From Octopus vulgaris (taxonomy: Eukaryota): a stretch of 64,000 bases of DNA. Position numbers and translations under genes: made by a program. The first letter of the stretch is position 1, and each line of letters starts with the position of its first letter. A model generated the notes under the pieces. That model made no database searches, was not told where the DNA came from, and worked only from the letters and a program-made list of their open reading frames with translations. This document shows, piece by piece, positions 37,913 to 51,580 of this stretch. The stretch lies in contig OX597828.1 in assembly GCA_951406725.2 (NCBI GenBank), forward strand, positions 39,308,001 through 39,372,000. Reading direction: 5' to 3'.

Positions 37913-38317
37913 TTCTACAAATAGTCCTAAAAAGTTTCCCTCTTTGGAGGAATTATTCATCATTAGAATTTATATTATCACCATTTCCTACATTTTACAT
38001 GTTTCTTTCTGTAACCCCCACATTATATTGTCCAAAACTGTCCCCAATATTTTTCATGAACCCTTAGTGGGGAATAAAGAAACAACTATTTATAAAACAA
38101 GTACCAAAAGTCAGCGATTAATTAATTATACTAAAACACACACACAGTATTTGCAGCTTTGAATTAATGTTAGAAATTATATTAATTATGATAGTCATAA
38201 ATTACAGGTCACTGACACGTTAATATAAAACCCATATAAATTATGAATGAAATAACTCACTGACGCATTCAAATATGATTGTATTCTTTTTCAGTCAAGG
38301 ATTGAGCCTATAAAGGT

Positions 38318-38352
<35 letters not shown>

Positions 38353-39807
38353 TGTAAGTGAATGTAAATGTGTATGTATATATGACAGATGGATAGAGAA
38401 AGAGCTATTGTGTGAGTGTGTAAGCTAAGTTAGAATATGAATGTGTATAAGAGAGAGAGAGAGAGAGAGAAATAAAATTGTATGAGAGAGAATGTGTGTA
38501 TGCATGTGTATCAATAGATTTGCTTATTCATACATGAAAGAGTGAATAACAAGGCGGAGAAGAGAGAGAGTGGAAAGTGAGTGAATGATGAGGTGGGGGG
38601 AGGGGGAAAGAGAAAAGGAAGGTGTTTGTATATATGTGTGCACGTATCTATATAAACTATTTATTGGTAACCTAGGCATGCTCATTCATGTGTGTGCATA
38701 TGAGAGAGGGTGAGTAAGAAAAAGTGAAAGAGAATATATGTGTGTGTGGGTCCGCCAAGTAATATACACAGACACAAATTGTTATCACTCAATTAATAAA
38801 AAAAAATAATGAATATACTTTAAGAAGTTTCATTGGAGATTTTATGCTTCTAGCTTCACAAAAACACACATTCTTACATGCATACCAACTGTCAGACACT
38901 GAAAGCCTAAGCATTCAAATAAAAAAAAAAACTTTTAAAAGTACTTTACTTTTTAATAAGTTTTGTACCTTTGTTATTCAGAGTTACTGCTCTCTAAGGC
39001 AGGTTACCTGTACTGAAGCTAACAAAGTTCACCTTCCATTCCTAGGTGGTAATTGTTCTCGTTCATTCCCAGGTCAGCTATAATCAAAGGTAATCCACCC
39101 ATGACCATCCTGTCTTTTCTCTTGATATTATGTGTCTACGAATAAATTTTCCAACAAATTCTTTTGTTTTAAGAGTGTAGATGAGATCTGAAGTAGATTT
39201 GGCTACTATTTCTAAAATTCTGAGCAACCACAGTGAGTGTGCTAGACTAAAAGCCTTATTGTATTTTGTTTTATCCATGCATATACAGCTGCATGCATGC
39301 ACACATACACGCGAGTACTGTCCAAATCTCAGACCAATCACATACAGCTAGCTGGCATTCAATTGGTGTATCAAGTTTCAAGCATTTTGATTGGGTTTTG
39401 GATAGAGAATTCACAAAAATGTCACTTCTATTGATTTTTTTAATGGCTTTGCGGGGTGACTGGGGAAATGTAAAGATGTGCACAACCACCCTTGGACGGT
39501 TTTGAATGACCATAGAAAGTGCAAACCCTCTAACTGAAAAATTGTGGATTTGTATAAAGGATATGCACACAGGCATTTTGCCGTTTATATATAGAGAGAT
39601 TTCTGAGTTCAAATCGGGAGTGGTGGGGGGGAACATTGTCTTTCAAAATAGATAAAAAACAAGATCCAAGCAATCCCAAAGAATAACGGAACAAAAATCA
39701 CCTACAAGAGATTTTGAACTTGTGCTGGCAGCCTCATGGACTAGAGCACTATTACCACAAGTACTGGACTGAATTTGAACAAGTGGCCTTTATTTCTGAA
39801 CAATGTA

Positions 39808-40145
39808 TAGGGTGGTCCTAAAGTCTTGTCACCCCTTACCGAAAAGTAATAAAAACAAGAGAGGAACAATATAATAATACCAAGTACATTTACTGGTTTT
39901 AGTATATTTTATGAAGCTGTGCTTTGGTGATTGTTGCAAACCATTTTCGTAACACAAAATGATGCAGCGCCACGTCCTGTGTGACATTTTATGAAGCTGT
40001 GCTTTGGTGATTGTTGCAAAGGCTGCCAAAACAGCATCCTTCAACTGTTGGGTATTCTGGTAATTGCTCTTGTGAAACCCTCTCCTTGAGAATGGAAAAT
40101 TAAAATAATATTTACAGGTGGTGACAAGACTTTCCGACCACCCTG
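39808..40145 (-). mobile_element. Tc1/mariner-superfamily deletion derivative (MITE)
   Basis: TA|tagggtggtcctaaagtcttgtcacc ... ggtgacaagactttccgaccaccctg|TA. Remnant peptide QQLKDAVLAAFATITKAQLHKMSHRTWRCIILCYENG is typical of transposase C-termini. Confidence 0.85.
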
Positions 40146-40211
40146 TACATCTCCAAGAACAAGACACCAGATGGTGATTAGAAAGCAAACTGACTGCAAC
40201 ATAGGGTAGAT

Positions 40212-40590
40212 ATCTTTTACTTGTTTCACTCACTAGACTGCAGCCATGCTAGGGCACTACCTTGAAGGATTTTAGTCAAATCCACTCCAGTACTTTTGGT
40301 TTTTTTTTTCATTTTGTTTGCTTGACTTTCTTTTTGTTAGTCTTTTTGCTGAACAGCTATGTTATGGGGACACAAACAAACCAACATCAGTTGTCAAGAT
40401 ACTGGATTGACAGATACAAAGACACACACACATATACATATACAATTGGCTTCCACACAGTTTCCATCAACCAAATTTTCCCAGAGCTATAATAAGAGAC
40501 ACTTGCACAAGGTGCTGCACAGTGAGACTGAACTCAAAACCAGATGGTTGCAAAGCAAACTTCTTAACCACACAGCCATGCCTGCACCTA
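40212..40590 (-). mobile_element. Old SINE family B variant
   Basis: Tail, core and head homology. Confidence 0.75.
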
Positions 40591-41269
40591 TATAAACATT
40601 TAAAAAATATATTTCATCTCTATAAAGATGAGGTTAATAGTCCGAAAAATTATAATCTTATTAACAACAACTTATTTCAGACATTTAGATATTTAACGAG
40701 AAATATCAATTATGTATCAGAAAGCAAACTGGTCTGGTTTTTCACCCCTCGCCAATTATACATTGTTAGTATTGATTTATTATGAGCAAATAAATAAATG
40801 AACATATAAATGAATAAAATATCCAGAAATCTGGAAGGAAAGAGGGGCAGTTGATTTAGTCAACTCCCCTGTGCGTAACTCCCAGACAACAGAATTTAAC
40901 AGTTTAAAAAGATTTTCTTCTCACTGAAATGTTTATCAATTTAATGAAAAAATATTGGAAACAGCATTTAAATAGAAAACTGATTGTAAAAAAACAAAAC
41001 CAAAACAAAGAATAATAATGATGATAATAATCTTCCCCAAATCAAAGAAAGATCAAAGTGCCACATCTAGACTGTAATTCAATTCAGGATCTATAGCTTA
41101 CAGACAGTTCGTATCAATCTTATCGTAAATGTGAATGGAAGAGGGATGTCGGAGTTTCAAAAATATAAAAAGAAAGAAGAAAAGTGTTATCAGGAAGAAT
41201 ACCAGAAAGGATATTGTGGTAGTAAAGATCAACAGCTGGTCAATACATCTGTAACTAAAGGGACACCAA

Positions 41270-41500
41270 TAGAGCTGCACCTTCTATGAACAGAACAGGA
41301 TTGCAGGGCCACAAAGAAAATGCAAACTGCGCAAGTTCGGAGCCAACTCCATGCCTTCAGTCCCAGCAGACCGCCAGTGCTCAACTTGCAGCAGAGCCTT
41401 TCAAGTACGCATCAGAATGATCGGTCACAGCCGGACACCCCATGTCCCATCTTCTTCTTCCAAGTGATGTGCCTGGCCATCATCAACAATGACAGAAAAA
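41270..41500 (+). mobile_element. RTE (BovB-like) LINE C-terminal zinc-finger fragment
   Basis: Frame 41282-41467: FYEQNRIAGPQRKCKLRK...ADRQCSTCSRAFQVRIRMIGHSRT, a C2H2-like end typical of RTE ORFs. Confidence 0.75.
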
Positions 41501-41699
41501 CAAAGAGTTAAAATAACCAAAGAGAATAAAAGGATATTGAACTTCAGTAGGAATCAGTGTGAATACCACAATTTACCACAAATTTCATATTTAACTTGAG
41601 CTAACCCTAACTGAGAAGACAAGTGATCAAAGGTATTCCTCTCATGACCATCCAGTATTTTTGTACACCTAGAACTACAATGAATATTTTTTTTTAATG

Positions 41700-42060
41700 A
41701 AGTATGGCTGTGTGGTAAGAAGTTTGCTTTCCAACCACATGGCTTTGGGTTCAGTCTCATTGCTTGGCACCTTGGGGAAGTGTTTTCTACTATAGCCTTG
41801 GGTCAACCAAAGCCTTGTGAAAGGATTTGTGGAACTGATAGATGGGAACTGAAAGAAGCCCGTTGTGTGTGTATGTGTGAATGTTTATTCCCCCCACCAT
41901 TATCTGACAATCACATAACTTAGCAGTTCAGGAAAAGAGACTGATAGAATAATTATCAGATTTTAAAGAAAATAATGGGGTCGATTTGTTCAGCTAAAAT
42001 TCTTCAAGGCAACACCCTAGCATAGCCACAGTTGAATAACTAAAACAAGATAAAAGATAA
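41700..42060 (+). mobile_element. SINE family B variant
   Basis: Head, core and tail homology. Confidence 0.8.
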
Positions 42061-42943
42061 GATGAAATTTGAGGAAGATTTGTCGGCTATTTCTAGCAGA
42101 TTGAGTAACCACATAGAGGCTTTCCACTTTGCTTGTTTGTAACATTTTAGATTTTTTTTTTTTTTTTTGATATATTTGATTTCTAGAAATATTAACTACT
42201 TAAGACACACTGGTGATATAAAGATTATTCACAAGGAATCCTTGCATATCCTCAAGAACAAATATCTTTTGTAAGATAAAAACAATAATAAGTGCCTGAA
42301 GTTTATGTAGAAAATATCCAAATATATGGATCCATAAGATGTGAACTGAAAATGAAAACAATCTCCAGAATAGCAGTTAAATTAGTATGAATATATTTTA
42401 ATGCAGGGAGCATTAAATAACAATCTCGAATTAAAAATGCAATAAGTGGGGGAAAAAAACAATTGGACACTGGATTATATTGCTTCAACTAAAGGTGTAC
42501 CCTTCCCAAAAAATTTGTAGCCTCCTTTCAATATTAGAAAATAATATTACAATTATTTCTACAAGAATGAGACAGGTTCTGGCCTTATCATGACCTCATC
42601 ACCAAAGTACAAATCTCATCATACTTGTTGATTTAGCAATGAGAAACTCACTCAGTAAAAAGATGCAAAAATCTGTTGTGCAAGGAAATAGAATTAGTTG
42701 ATTATTTCCATGAAAATGAAGGTGGTAGGAATGATAAAAGGGACACATAAAACTGAAACTGTAGGACTCTAATACTGCACATAAATTAATGCAGATGAAG
42801 ATACGGTATAGCACAAGGTTTATACATTTACAAAGAAGGCACAGTCGGACTGTTTCCAGTATCCATTTGACTAGTACTAATTTTATTGATCCCCTAGTAA
42901 GCTGTCAAAATTAAAATGTAGTATGACCAAAATAATTATTACT

Positions 42944-42981
<38 letters not shown>

Positions 42982-43010
42982 GTGTATGTATGTATAAGAT
43001 TGACACTTAC

Positions 43011-43111
43011 CGGAAAGAATTTGTAATGCCATAAATCCTGCTGTTCTTCATTGTAAATAAAGTCATAGAAAGACAAAAACTCCATCCAACAGGGTATGAA
43101 ATTTTAGTACA
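43011..43111 (-). CDS. Candidate exon with strong donor, product unknown
   Basis: CCG|GTAAGT donor at 43010 and ctcacag acceptor at 43112, in unique DNA. Reads MEFLSFYDFIYNEEQQDLWHYKFFP (phase 0) or MTLFTMKNSRIYGITNSFR (phase 2). Confidence 0.25.
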
Positions 43112-43154
43112 CTGTGAGTGATATATCAACAGTAATCTCATATATAACTATAAT

Positions 43155-43190
<36 letters not shown>

Positions 43191-43980
43191 ATCTCCCTTC
43201 AAAACAGGTCTCCTTTATCCCAATTAAACCTTCTATATGAATATAAAAGCTGTAAGTCTAGCAGCTGCTTTGTTTTATATAAATTCATTTTATATTTATT
43301 ATTATTTTTTTCATATTTAATTCTCTTCAGTATGTGTTATTTATTAAACATCTCCCTATTCTGTTTGAAACAGTAAATCAAGCACGCGCACCCACAAACA
43401 CACACACATATATATATATACACACACATACACACACACAGATACACAGACATGCATATACAGATAAATACAGAGATACACACACACAAAGGAGTCAAAC
43501 TGATCTGGTATTATCCTTTCAATAGCTAGACAGAAATATGTCCTGGGGTCCTATAATGACAAAGTAATCACCTAAACAAAAACAATAAAGGGTGCGTAGT
43601 AAATAGATTAGTGGCGTTGATTTCTTTACGAGTCATTTGTGGATAAAGTGACACATGTGTGCATGTGTGTGCTCATGTGTATGTGTGGGTACTCAGCGGA
43701 TGTACACATGTCTGTGTGTGTTGAGTGAATACACATATATACCGAGATATAAAATGAAATTCTCCAAAATTCACACGTAATATATTTAACTACACATGTG
43801 CAGATGTATATTAAGTGCAAACTTGTATACACAGGTTATTATTTTGTTTTTTACTATACACACACACACACACACATATATATATACACATACATATATA
43901 TATACATACGTATATATATACATAGATACATACATATATGCACACACGTACATATAAATACATACATATATATACATGCT

Positions 43981-44165
43981 GAGACCCCCTTCGGTCATGA
44001 CTAGCCATGGGATTACACCTTAAAAGTTACCCTCTCAGGCACAAGTCCAGGCAAAGTTGTTTTATGGAAGCCCAGCAGTTGCCCATGCATACCAGTTTCC
44101 CCTCTCCACACCACCACCAATGTTATCCAAGGGAAAGGCAAAGGGGCCAATACAGCTTGGCACCT
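43981..44165 (-). mobile_element. 3' domain shared with family C SINEs
   Basis: Reverse complement of 33035-33214 and 52845-53022. Confidence 0.8.
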
Positions 44166-44955
44166 GTGGCAGATGCACAGGGCCAATAAACATCACAGAT
44201 GCTCAGAAAACAGATTTCATCACATGTGAGAGGAAGAAACTAGAAGTAGTTGATAGCTTCTGCTACCTAGGTGACCAAGTCTGTAGTGGGGTGGATGCTC
44301 AGAGAGCGTTGCCACTAGAATAAGAATAGCTTGGGCAAAGTTCAGAAAGCTCCTACCTCTAATAGTAACAAAGGGCCTTTTACTCAGAGTGAAAAGTAGA
44401 TTATATGATGCATGTGTGCGAACTGCCATGCTACACAGCAGTGAAACATGGGCCATGACTGCTGATGACGTGTAGGCTTGAAAGAAATGAAGCTAGTATG
44501 ATCCAATGGATGTGTAATGTCAGTGTGCATACACAACAGTAAGTGTCCTGAGAGAAATGTTGGACATAAGAAGCATCAGATGTGGTGTGCAAGAGAGACG
44601 ACTGCGCTAGTATGGTCATATTCTGCATATAGATAAGGAGAGCTGTGTGAAGAAGTGTCACTCCTTAACAGTGGAAGGAACCCGTGGAAGAGGGAGACCC
44701 AGGAAGACCTGGGATGAGGTGGTGAAGCATGACCTTTGAATGTTGGGCTTCACAGAGGCAAAGACCGAGACCTCTGGAGATATGCTGTGACAGACAAGAC
44801 CTGGCAAGGAAAGTGAGATCACGGCCATAGCCTACACCAGTGTTGCATAACCAGCCCATTTAAAAAATACCTTTGAATCGTCAGGCGACATGCTATGCTT
44901 GAGGAAACCTATTGAGTCAAGTAAAATCAAAATCAAAATTCAAATCAAATCATAA
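44166..44955 (+). mobile_element. RTE LINE 3' ORF fragment and start of 3' UTR, frameshifted
   Basis: LEVVDSFCYLGDQV; RIRIAWAKFRKLLPL...RLYDACVRTAMLHSSETWA; VEGTRGRGRPRKTWDEVVKHDL. Confidence 0.92.
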
Positions 44956-46012
44956 TCAAATTATGATTATATATCTTTATAAGGCTAAGCTAAACAATAC
45001 CAACACTACCATCTATACTTTGTAGTAACACATTCTGTGAAAAGAGAAACATTAATTTTTATTTCAGGATTAATTTAAGATTAAATAATCCAGAACAAAA
45101 AAAAAATCAATTTTTTAATTTTTTTTTATTTTACTCCCTAATGATATAAACAACTGAAACAAGAACCAAACAAGGAACCTTCTACACAGTCAGTCAACCA
45201 ACAAGAAACTGCAGCTGGAAACCCCTCTGACCACCCTGAATAAAAGACAGGATGGTCATAAGTGGAAGACATTCAATGATAGGTCTACTCTTTTACTTGT
45301 TTCAGTCATTTGATTGCAGCCATGCTGGAGCACTGCCTTTAGTCGAGCAAATCATCCCCAGGACTTATGGTAGTGGTGGGGGGGGGGGGGCTGATGAAAT
45401 TTACTACAGTAGACTAGATTTAAATAAAATTGCCAAAGTAAAGAACAAGGTAATTTGTGGAGAGAATGACAAAGAAAATATAGTAGATGAACAATATATC
45501 ACAGTTGATCTAATCTGCATATAGAATGATAACAAAAGTACAGAAGGCACTATTGTTATAAATCTGGGATGATTTGATGTGTATAAGCTAACAAAACATA
45601 TTGGATATGTATCACCAATCAGACCTGAACTGATGTCAGTATAAATTCATAAATAACAAAGTACAGTGAATATATTACATATAACTGGGTTGATTTGATG
45701 TGAATATCAATTAAAATGAATGCAAGGAGCTAAAGGAGCTGGGACTACAAAGCAGGATCACACTTAGAAAAGTGTATTTAGCTGGTGATGGAATATGTAA
45801 ATACGAGACAATGAAGCTGATGATGATAATGAGGATGATTAGGAGGAGGATTAATGAGGAATAAGAGGATGAGGACATACAGGTTTAATATACATATTAA
45901 ATATAGAGCTTCTAATTGGTTTGTATACCTCAAACGCTTTTCATAAAATAATTGTTTCACACCCAATACAAACATAATTATTAATAGAAAGGAAATGCAA
46001 ACATCTAGAAAT

Positions 46013-46052
<40 letters not shown>

Positions 46053-46969
46053 GTCAGTTTTAATTATTTCTTCACATGGTTGTGATAGAAAGAAAGGGTT
46101 AGTGTACTTTTAATTCTGGTCATACTGATCAGATTTTTTTAATTATTTAATCTAAGGAGGAAGAACAGTGCCTGTAGCCTTCTAAAGCTATAGAGTTTAG
46201 GGATAATTGACTTCATGGTAGATTTGTAAATAATTTCATAGCTTTTTTTTTTAGATCATCCAAACTTATATTTTTCAGATAGAGGATGCAAAAACTACCT
46301 GTCCTTTTTAAAAAAAGTTTTTAAAGAGAGCAATATGTGATTTGAAGGTAGTTTGGTTGCTATTTCTTGTTGGACAAATGACTGTAAAAAATAGATCCCT
46401 CATTGGATGTTGATTGTTGTAGTGGTGGTTATGGTGTTTAACTGCAGGTCAGCCTTGATTCAGTATACCTGCAATCAAAGGTGCTCCAACAATAACCACT
46501 GTACCTCACTTTTGTTCAGGCAATATATCATTATATCATTATCAAATGTATTCAGCTTATTTTTTAAGATAGTAATGTATAATTTGAGGGGATTTGGCTA
46601 CTATTTCTAGCTAGTTGAGTGAATGTGTAGAAGCTTCCCATTTAGCTTGTTAATGAGTAAATAATATTGATGGATCACCTGTTTTTTTTGTCAGAATATT
46701 AAACATGTCATCCACTGACTAAAATAAAATTTCTAAATAATAAAAAAAATATAAAAAAAAAAGAACAAATAGTTATAAATAATTTTATAAAGTTTTCAAT
46801 CAATATTTCTAAATACATAATACTGAAATTAGGTCTCTATTTCCAAATACAGCCAGCAGTAAGAAATTAAATTTCTTTTACTAGTTTGTTATCAATGACG
46901 AAGTGCTAGAATGACATTTATTTGAAATAAATAAAAATTATGCCCATACATACAGACTTGTCCTTTACA

Positions 46970-47210
46970 GGTGCCGAGCCCACATAAAAAGTGCTTGTGC
47001 CACTGCTGCATAAATGTACCTGTGCCAGAGGTACGTAAAAGGCATCCAGTACACTCTATAAAGTGGTTGGCATTAGGAAGGGCATCCAGCTGTAGAAACC
47101 ATGCTACAAGAGTCAGAGTCTGGACAGCCCTCCAGCTTAACAGATCCCGTCAAACTGTTCAACCCATGCCAGAATGGAAAAGGGACATTAAACAATGATG
47201 ATGATGATGC
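46970..47210 (+). mobile_element. RTE 3' UTR fragment (family D)
   Basis: ggttggcattaggaagggcatccagctgtagaaac ... gacattaaacaatgatgatg. Confidence 0.8.
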
Positions 47211-47230
47211 TCATAGCAAAGTCAATATAT

Positions 47231-47630
47231 TCTTTTACTTGTTTCAGTCATTTGACTGTGGCCATGCTGGGGCACCGCCTTTAGTCGAGCAAATCGACCC
47301 CAAGACTTATTCTTTGTAAGCCTGGTACTTATTCTATTGGTCTCTTTTGCCGAACCGATAAGCTATGGGGACATAAACACACCACCATCGGTTGTCAAGC
47401 GATGATGGGGGGACAAACACAGACACACAAACATATACACACACACACATATATAATACATACATACATACATACGATGGGCTTCTTTCAGTTTCCATCT
47501 ACCAAATCCACTCACAAGGCTTTGGTCAGCCTGAGGCTATAGTAAAAGACACTTGCCCAAGGTGCCACACAGTGGGACTGAACCCAGAACCATGTAGTTC
47601 GTAAGCAAGCTACTTACCACACAGCCACTT
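47231..47630 (-). mobile_element. SINE family B
   Basis: Near full length. Confidence 0.92.
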
Positions 47631-48182
47631 CTGAGACTGCTTCTGGTTCTATGATACAGGCTTATTGTTTTACAGTGATCTACATTAAAACCTTCCATCA
47701 AAATTCAGTGCTAATTAATAATCAAGTCAAGTCGAATGTGGGAGCGTGCATCATTGCAGCATGTTGCTGCATTCACCATTTTCTGATATTTTCTCATTCC
47801 TTCCAGACAAGCTGTCAAACAGAGTTCCAATCAGTTCTCATATCTCTGCAAAATACCTCCTCATCTATCATGACCATGGGGCAGTTTTTCTTGCCAAGTG
47901 AGTGGATGTTTTAAGAAGTGTTCTCCTTTCCCCGTGTGAGGAAGTGGAACCATTTGGCCTTAGACAAACTTAGGCCAAGACAAAATTCCAGTCCTTCGTT
48001 GACTTCTTGGGGGACTCCACCTTGTCTGTCTCTGTTGCAGGTGAGAATGTCAAAGCTGTTGACTGCTTCACTTATCTCAGTATTAGCTTAATAATGATAA
48101 AATTATTTTACTAAATTCATTATTTTCATAATTAATTGAAACAAAGATAGTGTATTTTAAAAGAAATATTTTGACGAAAGGG
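47631..48182. mobile_element. TTAA-type MITE family 1 split by a LINE RT fragment (about 47724-48081)
   Basis: MITE halves match 1991-2148 and 3417-3638 and end in aaaggg|ttaa. The insert reads AKTKFQSFVDFLG...SVAGENVKAVDCFTYL. Confidence 0.65.
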
Positions 48183-48684
48183 TTAATGACCATTTCTCGG
48201 CAAGAGGGATTTCTAACCACATTCATCCATTTCTTTCCATCTTATGTACAACAGGCGGGAGTTTTGTAAATGCAATCAGTGCTTTGTGGAAGGTGATTTT
48301 TTTCCAAGCGGATGCTCCTGCCCAACATTAATCTCTCAGTCAACAAATAGTACTGGAACCTGTTATCAACCAGGCAGTCTCGCTTGTCCAGGTAAGTAAC
48401 ACTAATTATAGTACAGTAAATAAAGTAGTTTAAGATCTCAGCAACATTATTTCTGTTTGGATCAAGCAAACAAACTGTTGTTAATGCTGAAAATATGTTT
48501 TGTACTTCTTGTATTAAAAACCTATTAAAAAAAAAGACGAACTCTTGTAAGACTTCTGAAAAATTGTTCTTTAGACTTCTTAAGATCAGAATTGCAGTAA
48601 ACACACAGTGGTGTGGATAAGATGTTTGATTCATAATCACACAGTTTAAGAGGTTGTTTGTTCTCTTACATGGCATCTTAAATT

Positions 48685-48900
48685 AGAGGTTTCAAATTTT
48701 GGTGCAAGGCTAGTAAATTTTAGAGGGTAAGTGGGTAAGTCAATTACACTGACCCCAGCACTTGACAGGTACTTTATTTTATCAATCCCGAAAAAAATGA
48801 AAGGCAAAGTCAACTTCAGTGGAATTTGAACACAAAGCATAAGAAGCCAGAAGCAATGCCATTAAGCAATTTATCTGATGCTTTAACAATTCTACAAGCT
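48685..48900 (-). mobile_element. SINE family A2
   Basis: Reverse homology to other A2 copies. Confidence 0.7.
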
Positions 48901-49232
48901 TGTCAAAGAGAACAGTGAAAATAAGAGTCAAAGTGAACAAATTTCAGTGCACACATTCACATACACACATCAATTTATGCTTGTTGATTACAATAATTTG
49001 ACATCAATATCCATTGCTTCTACGAAATTCAGACAAAAAAAAAGTTGTTTGTATTTTCATCAGATGCACTACTATTAAAGGAGGTTTATAATCAATATGG
49101 TATTGCATAGAGAGGTTTTGATTTGTACAGACTTGCAAGTCCAATGTATTAAACAATCCAATGTTATTATTGACTGATAAGGTAAAGGAGAGTCATCTGA
49201 GAGAGAGAGAGGGCAGAGGGAGGGAGAAAAGT

Positions 49233-49270
<38 letters not shown>

Positions 49271-49344
49271 ATAAAGCTATATATTTTAGGAAGGGACTGG
49301 GGTGTGTTTTGTCACACTCAGGCTTTTCTCTAAGTTATATAAAA

Positions 49345-49395
49345 CATACCTGATGAAGAATGCCTAAATAAGGAATTGAAACTGAAGCAGAAATA
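49345..49395 (+). ncRNA. Hammerhead-like remnant, degenerate
   Basis: CTGATGA 49350-56; helix II aatgcct/aggaatt; GAAA 49378-81; ctg-aag-cag helix III; UH and stem I damaged. Confidence 0.3.
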
Positions 49396-51384
49396 ACAGT
49401 GAAGGAGCTCACTTATTCCTATTTTCACATCATTTGTTATAAATGAAATCTAGAAATATTTTACATAAACCAGAACTGAATGGATATTATTATTATTTTT
49501 TTTTTCCAGTGGTAACACTAACTTTCAATGGAAGTAAAATATGAATTTGTCAAAATATGCCATTAGTTTTCTATAAACAAATTGCAGATGTCAGACTACA
49601 TACACACACACATGAAAAATAAATATATACAGTATTAAAAATATGTATTTGATATATTTGGTATGTAGAAATTATTCCTCTATTTAGGTTAAAAGATAGA
49701 AAAAAATTATGAGTTGTAATGTCATTAGAATACCAGCCTGGACAAAGGGTCAATGTTACACACCCCAACCAAGACCAATCACCACAGCTGCTAGCACTGA
49801 ATCCATGAGAAAACACTTGAATTTCAATAGACTATAAGACAGACATTTTCTTCTTTGGCCAAGCCCTCATCTTTTCAAGTTTCACTTATAAGGGAAAATA
49901 AGGGTTAAGAGGAACATGCTACCCTCTCCTCTTCACCTCAGTAAATTTGTTGAAAGATGAATGAGAATGTAAACATGGTCTAAGTAAAGGAGCCAACTTT
50001 CAGAATGCAAATCTAGATGAAAGAATGAGAGCTGAAAGAGGATGCTTTTGTTAGAGTAATCCAGAATCTGTGAGGTTCCTTCACTGGTCTTATGTGATGG
50101 CCCTTCTCTCAGGACATTATAAAAAACAGAAAGTATTGCACCAAAACTCTAAATTGTTTCTAGAATGCATAGTGTAACATCATTCTTGTCTTTTCTTAGT
50201 TGATTTCAATGTAAATCCCAATACTACTTCTAACACTGTAATGTCCCATCATCCATTGCTCTTGTGGCAAATAAAAAAATCCTTATTGGGAATACAAAGA
50301 AATACAGTTCAGCATTGTAAGCAGTATAAACCAACAAGGTAACCAATATACAGTTAGAAATAATGGCCAAATCTCCCTCAAATTGCACACTACAGACAAA
50401 CAAAAAATAAAATAAAAGGACACATTAAATAATGTAGTCTCAGATACACTATATCAGGAAAAAAAAGGGCATGGTTGGAACATCATTGATCATAGGTTTT
50501 CTCAATTAGGGTTGACATGGGTTAAACAAAAAAATGTGGACAATTGATGAATGCTTCATTTGCTAGCCATGCTCAGGACATATTGAGATTAAAGGAAAAG
50601 AACAAAAAATACCTTATAAAATATACAAAACAAAAAAAGCACTCATGCTGGCACCCGGTACGCTCTGTAAAGTGATTGGCACAAGAAGGGCATCCATTCA
50701 TAGAAACCATACAAAAACAGACAACTGGAGCCTGAGGCAGCCCTCTGGCTTGTCATCTTCTGTCAAACTGTCCAACCCATGCCAGCATGGAAAACGGATG
50801 TTAAATGATGAATATCATTTACTGTCTTGTGAAATGAAATTTAGGGATACTTTATTATTTTACAGTTTACAGTCATAATTGCAACTCCAAACAAATTAGT
50901 TTATAGCAAAATTGAAGAAATAGAAAGTATTGCACCAAAAGTCTAAATAATTTCCAGAATGCATAGAGAATAACATCATTCTTGTCTTTTATTCTTTAGC
51001 TGGTTCCATTTATTGGTCTGTGTATCTGCTGAAGAACTGCCTTGGATGTGGAGTTTAGCTGATCAAATTGCTTCCAGTATTCATCTATATATTTTCACCA
51101 AACTGTTATATATGTTAGAAGAATGTAATCAAATCAATACTAGTTCTTAAAGATATATGTGTGCACACACATACACCTGATTGTCACCAAGATGAGGGAA
51201 TCAAAAAATATATTCATTATGAACCAAATCGTAAATGTTCAATCTTGGATTTAAATTTTTATTCATCTGAAGAAAACATTTTTTTCATGATGCAACTGAT
51301 TTGTTCATAAAAAAAAAATGTGTCTGAAACAGATGTAGTGAAGCTCAACCCATCTGTGTTCTTATTGTGTGTGTGAGTGTGTGT

Positions 51385-51580
51385 ATCATCATCATTTAAT
51401 GTCCACTTTCCGTGCTGGCATGGGTTGGGCAGTTTGACTGAGGACTGGAAAGCCAGAAGGCTGCACCATGCTCCAATCTGATCTGGCAAGTTTTCTACAG
51501 CTGGATGCCCTTCCTAATGCCAACCACTCCGAGAGTGTAGTGGGTGCTTTTTACATGCCACTGGTATGGGGACCAGTCAG
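51385..51580 (-). mobile_element. RTE 3' UTR fragment (family D)
   Basis: Close match to 5547-5760. Confidence 0.8.

Noticed and set aside
38261-38307. Minus-strand 47-nt exon-like segment (ctaacctttatag|...|gtgagt)
   Set aside because: Stops in all three frames; the pyrimidine tract is just a (CT)n microsatellite.
48242-48676. 144-aa minus-strand ORF
   Set aside because: No recognisable domain, non-ATG start, composition typical of AT-rich non-coding DNA, and it overlaps repeat fragments.
22455-49065. Other CTGANGA hits (22460, 27081 minus, 28856, 35944, 49057 minus)
   Set aside because: No correctly placed GAAA/UH or stem I, so not called as hammerheads.
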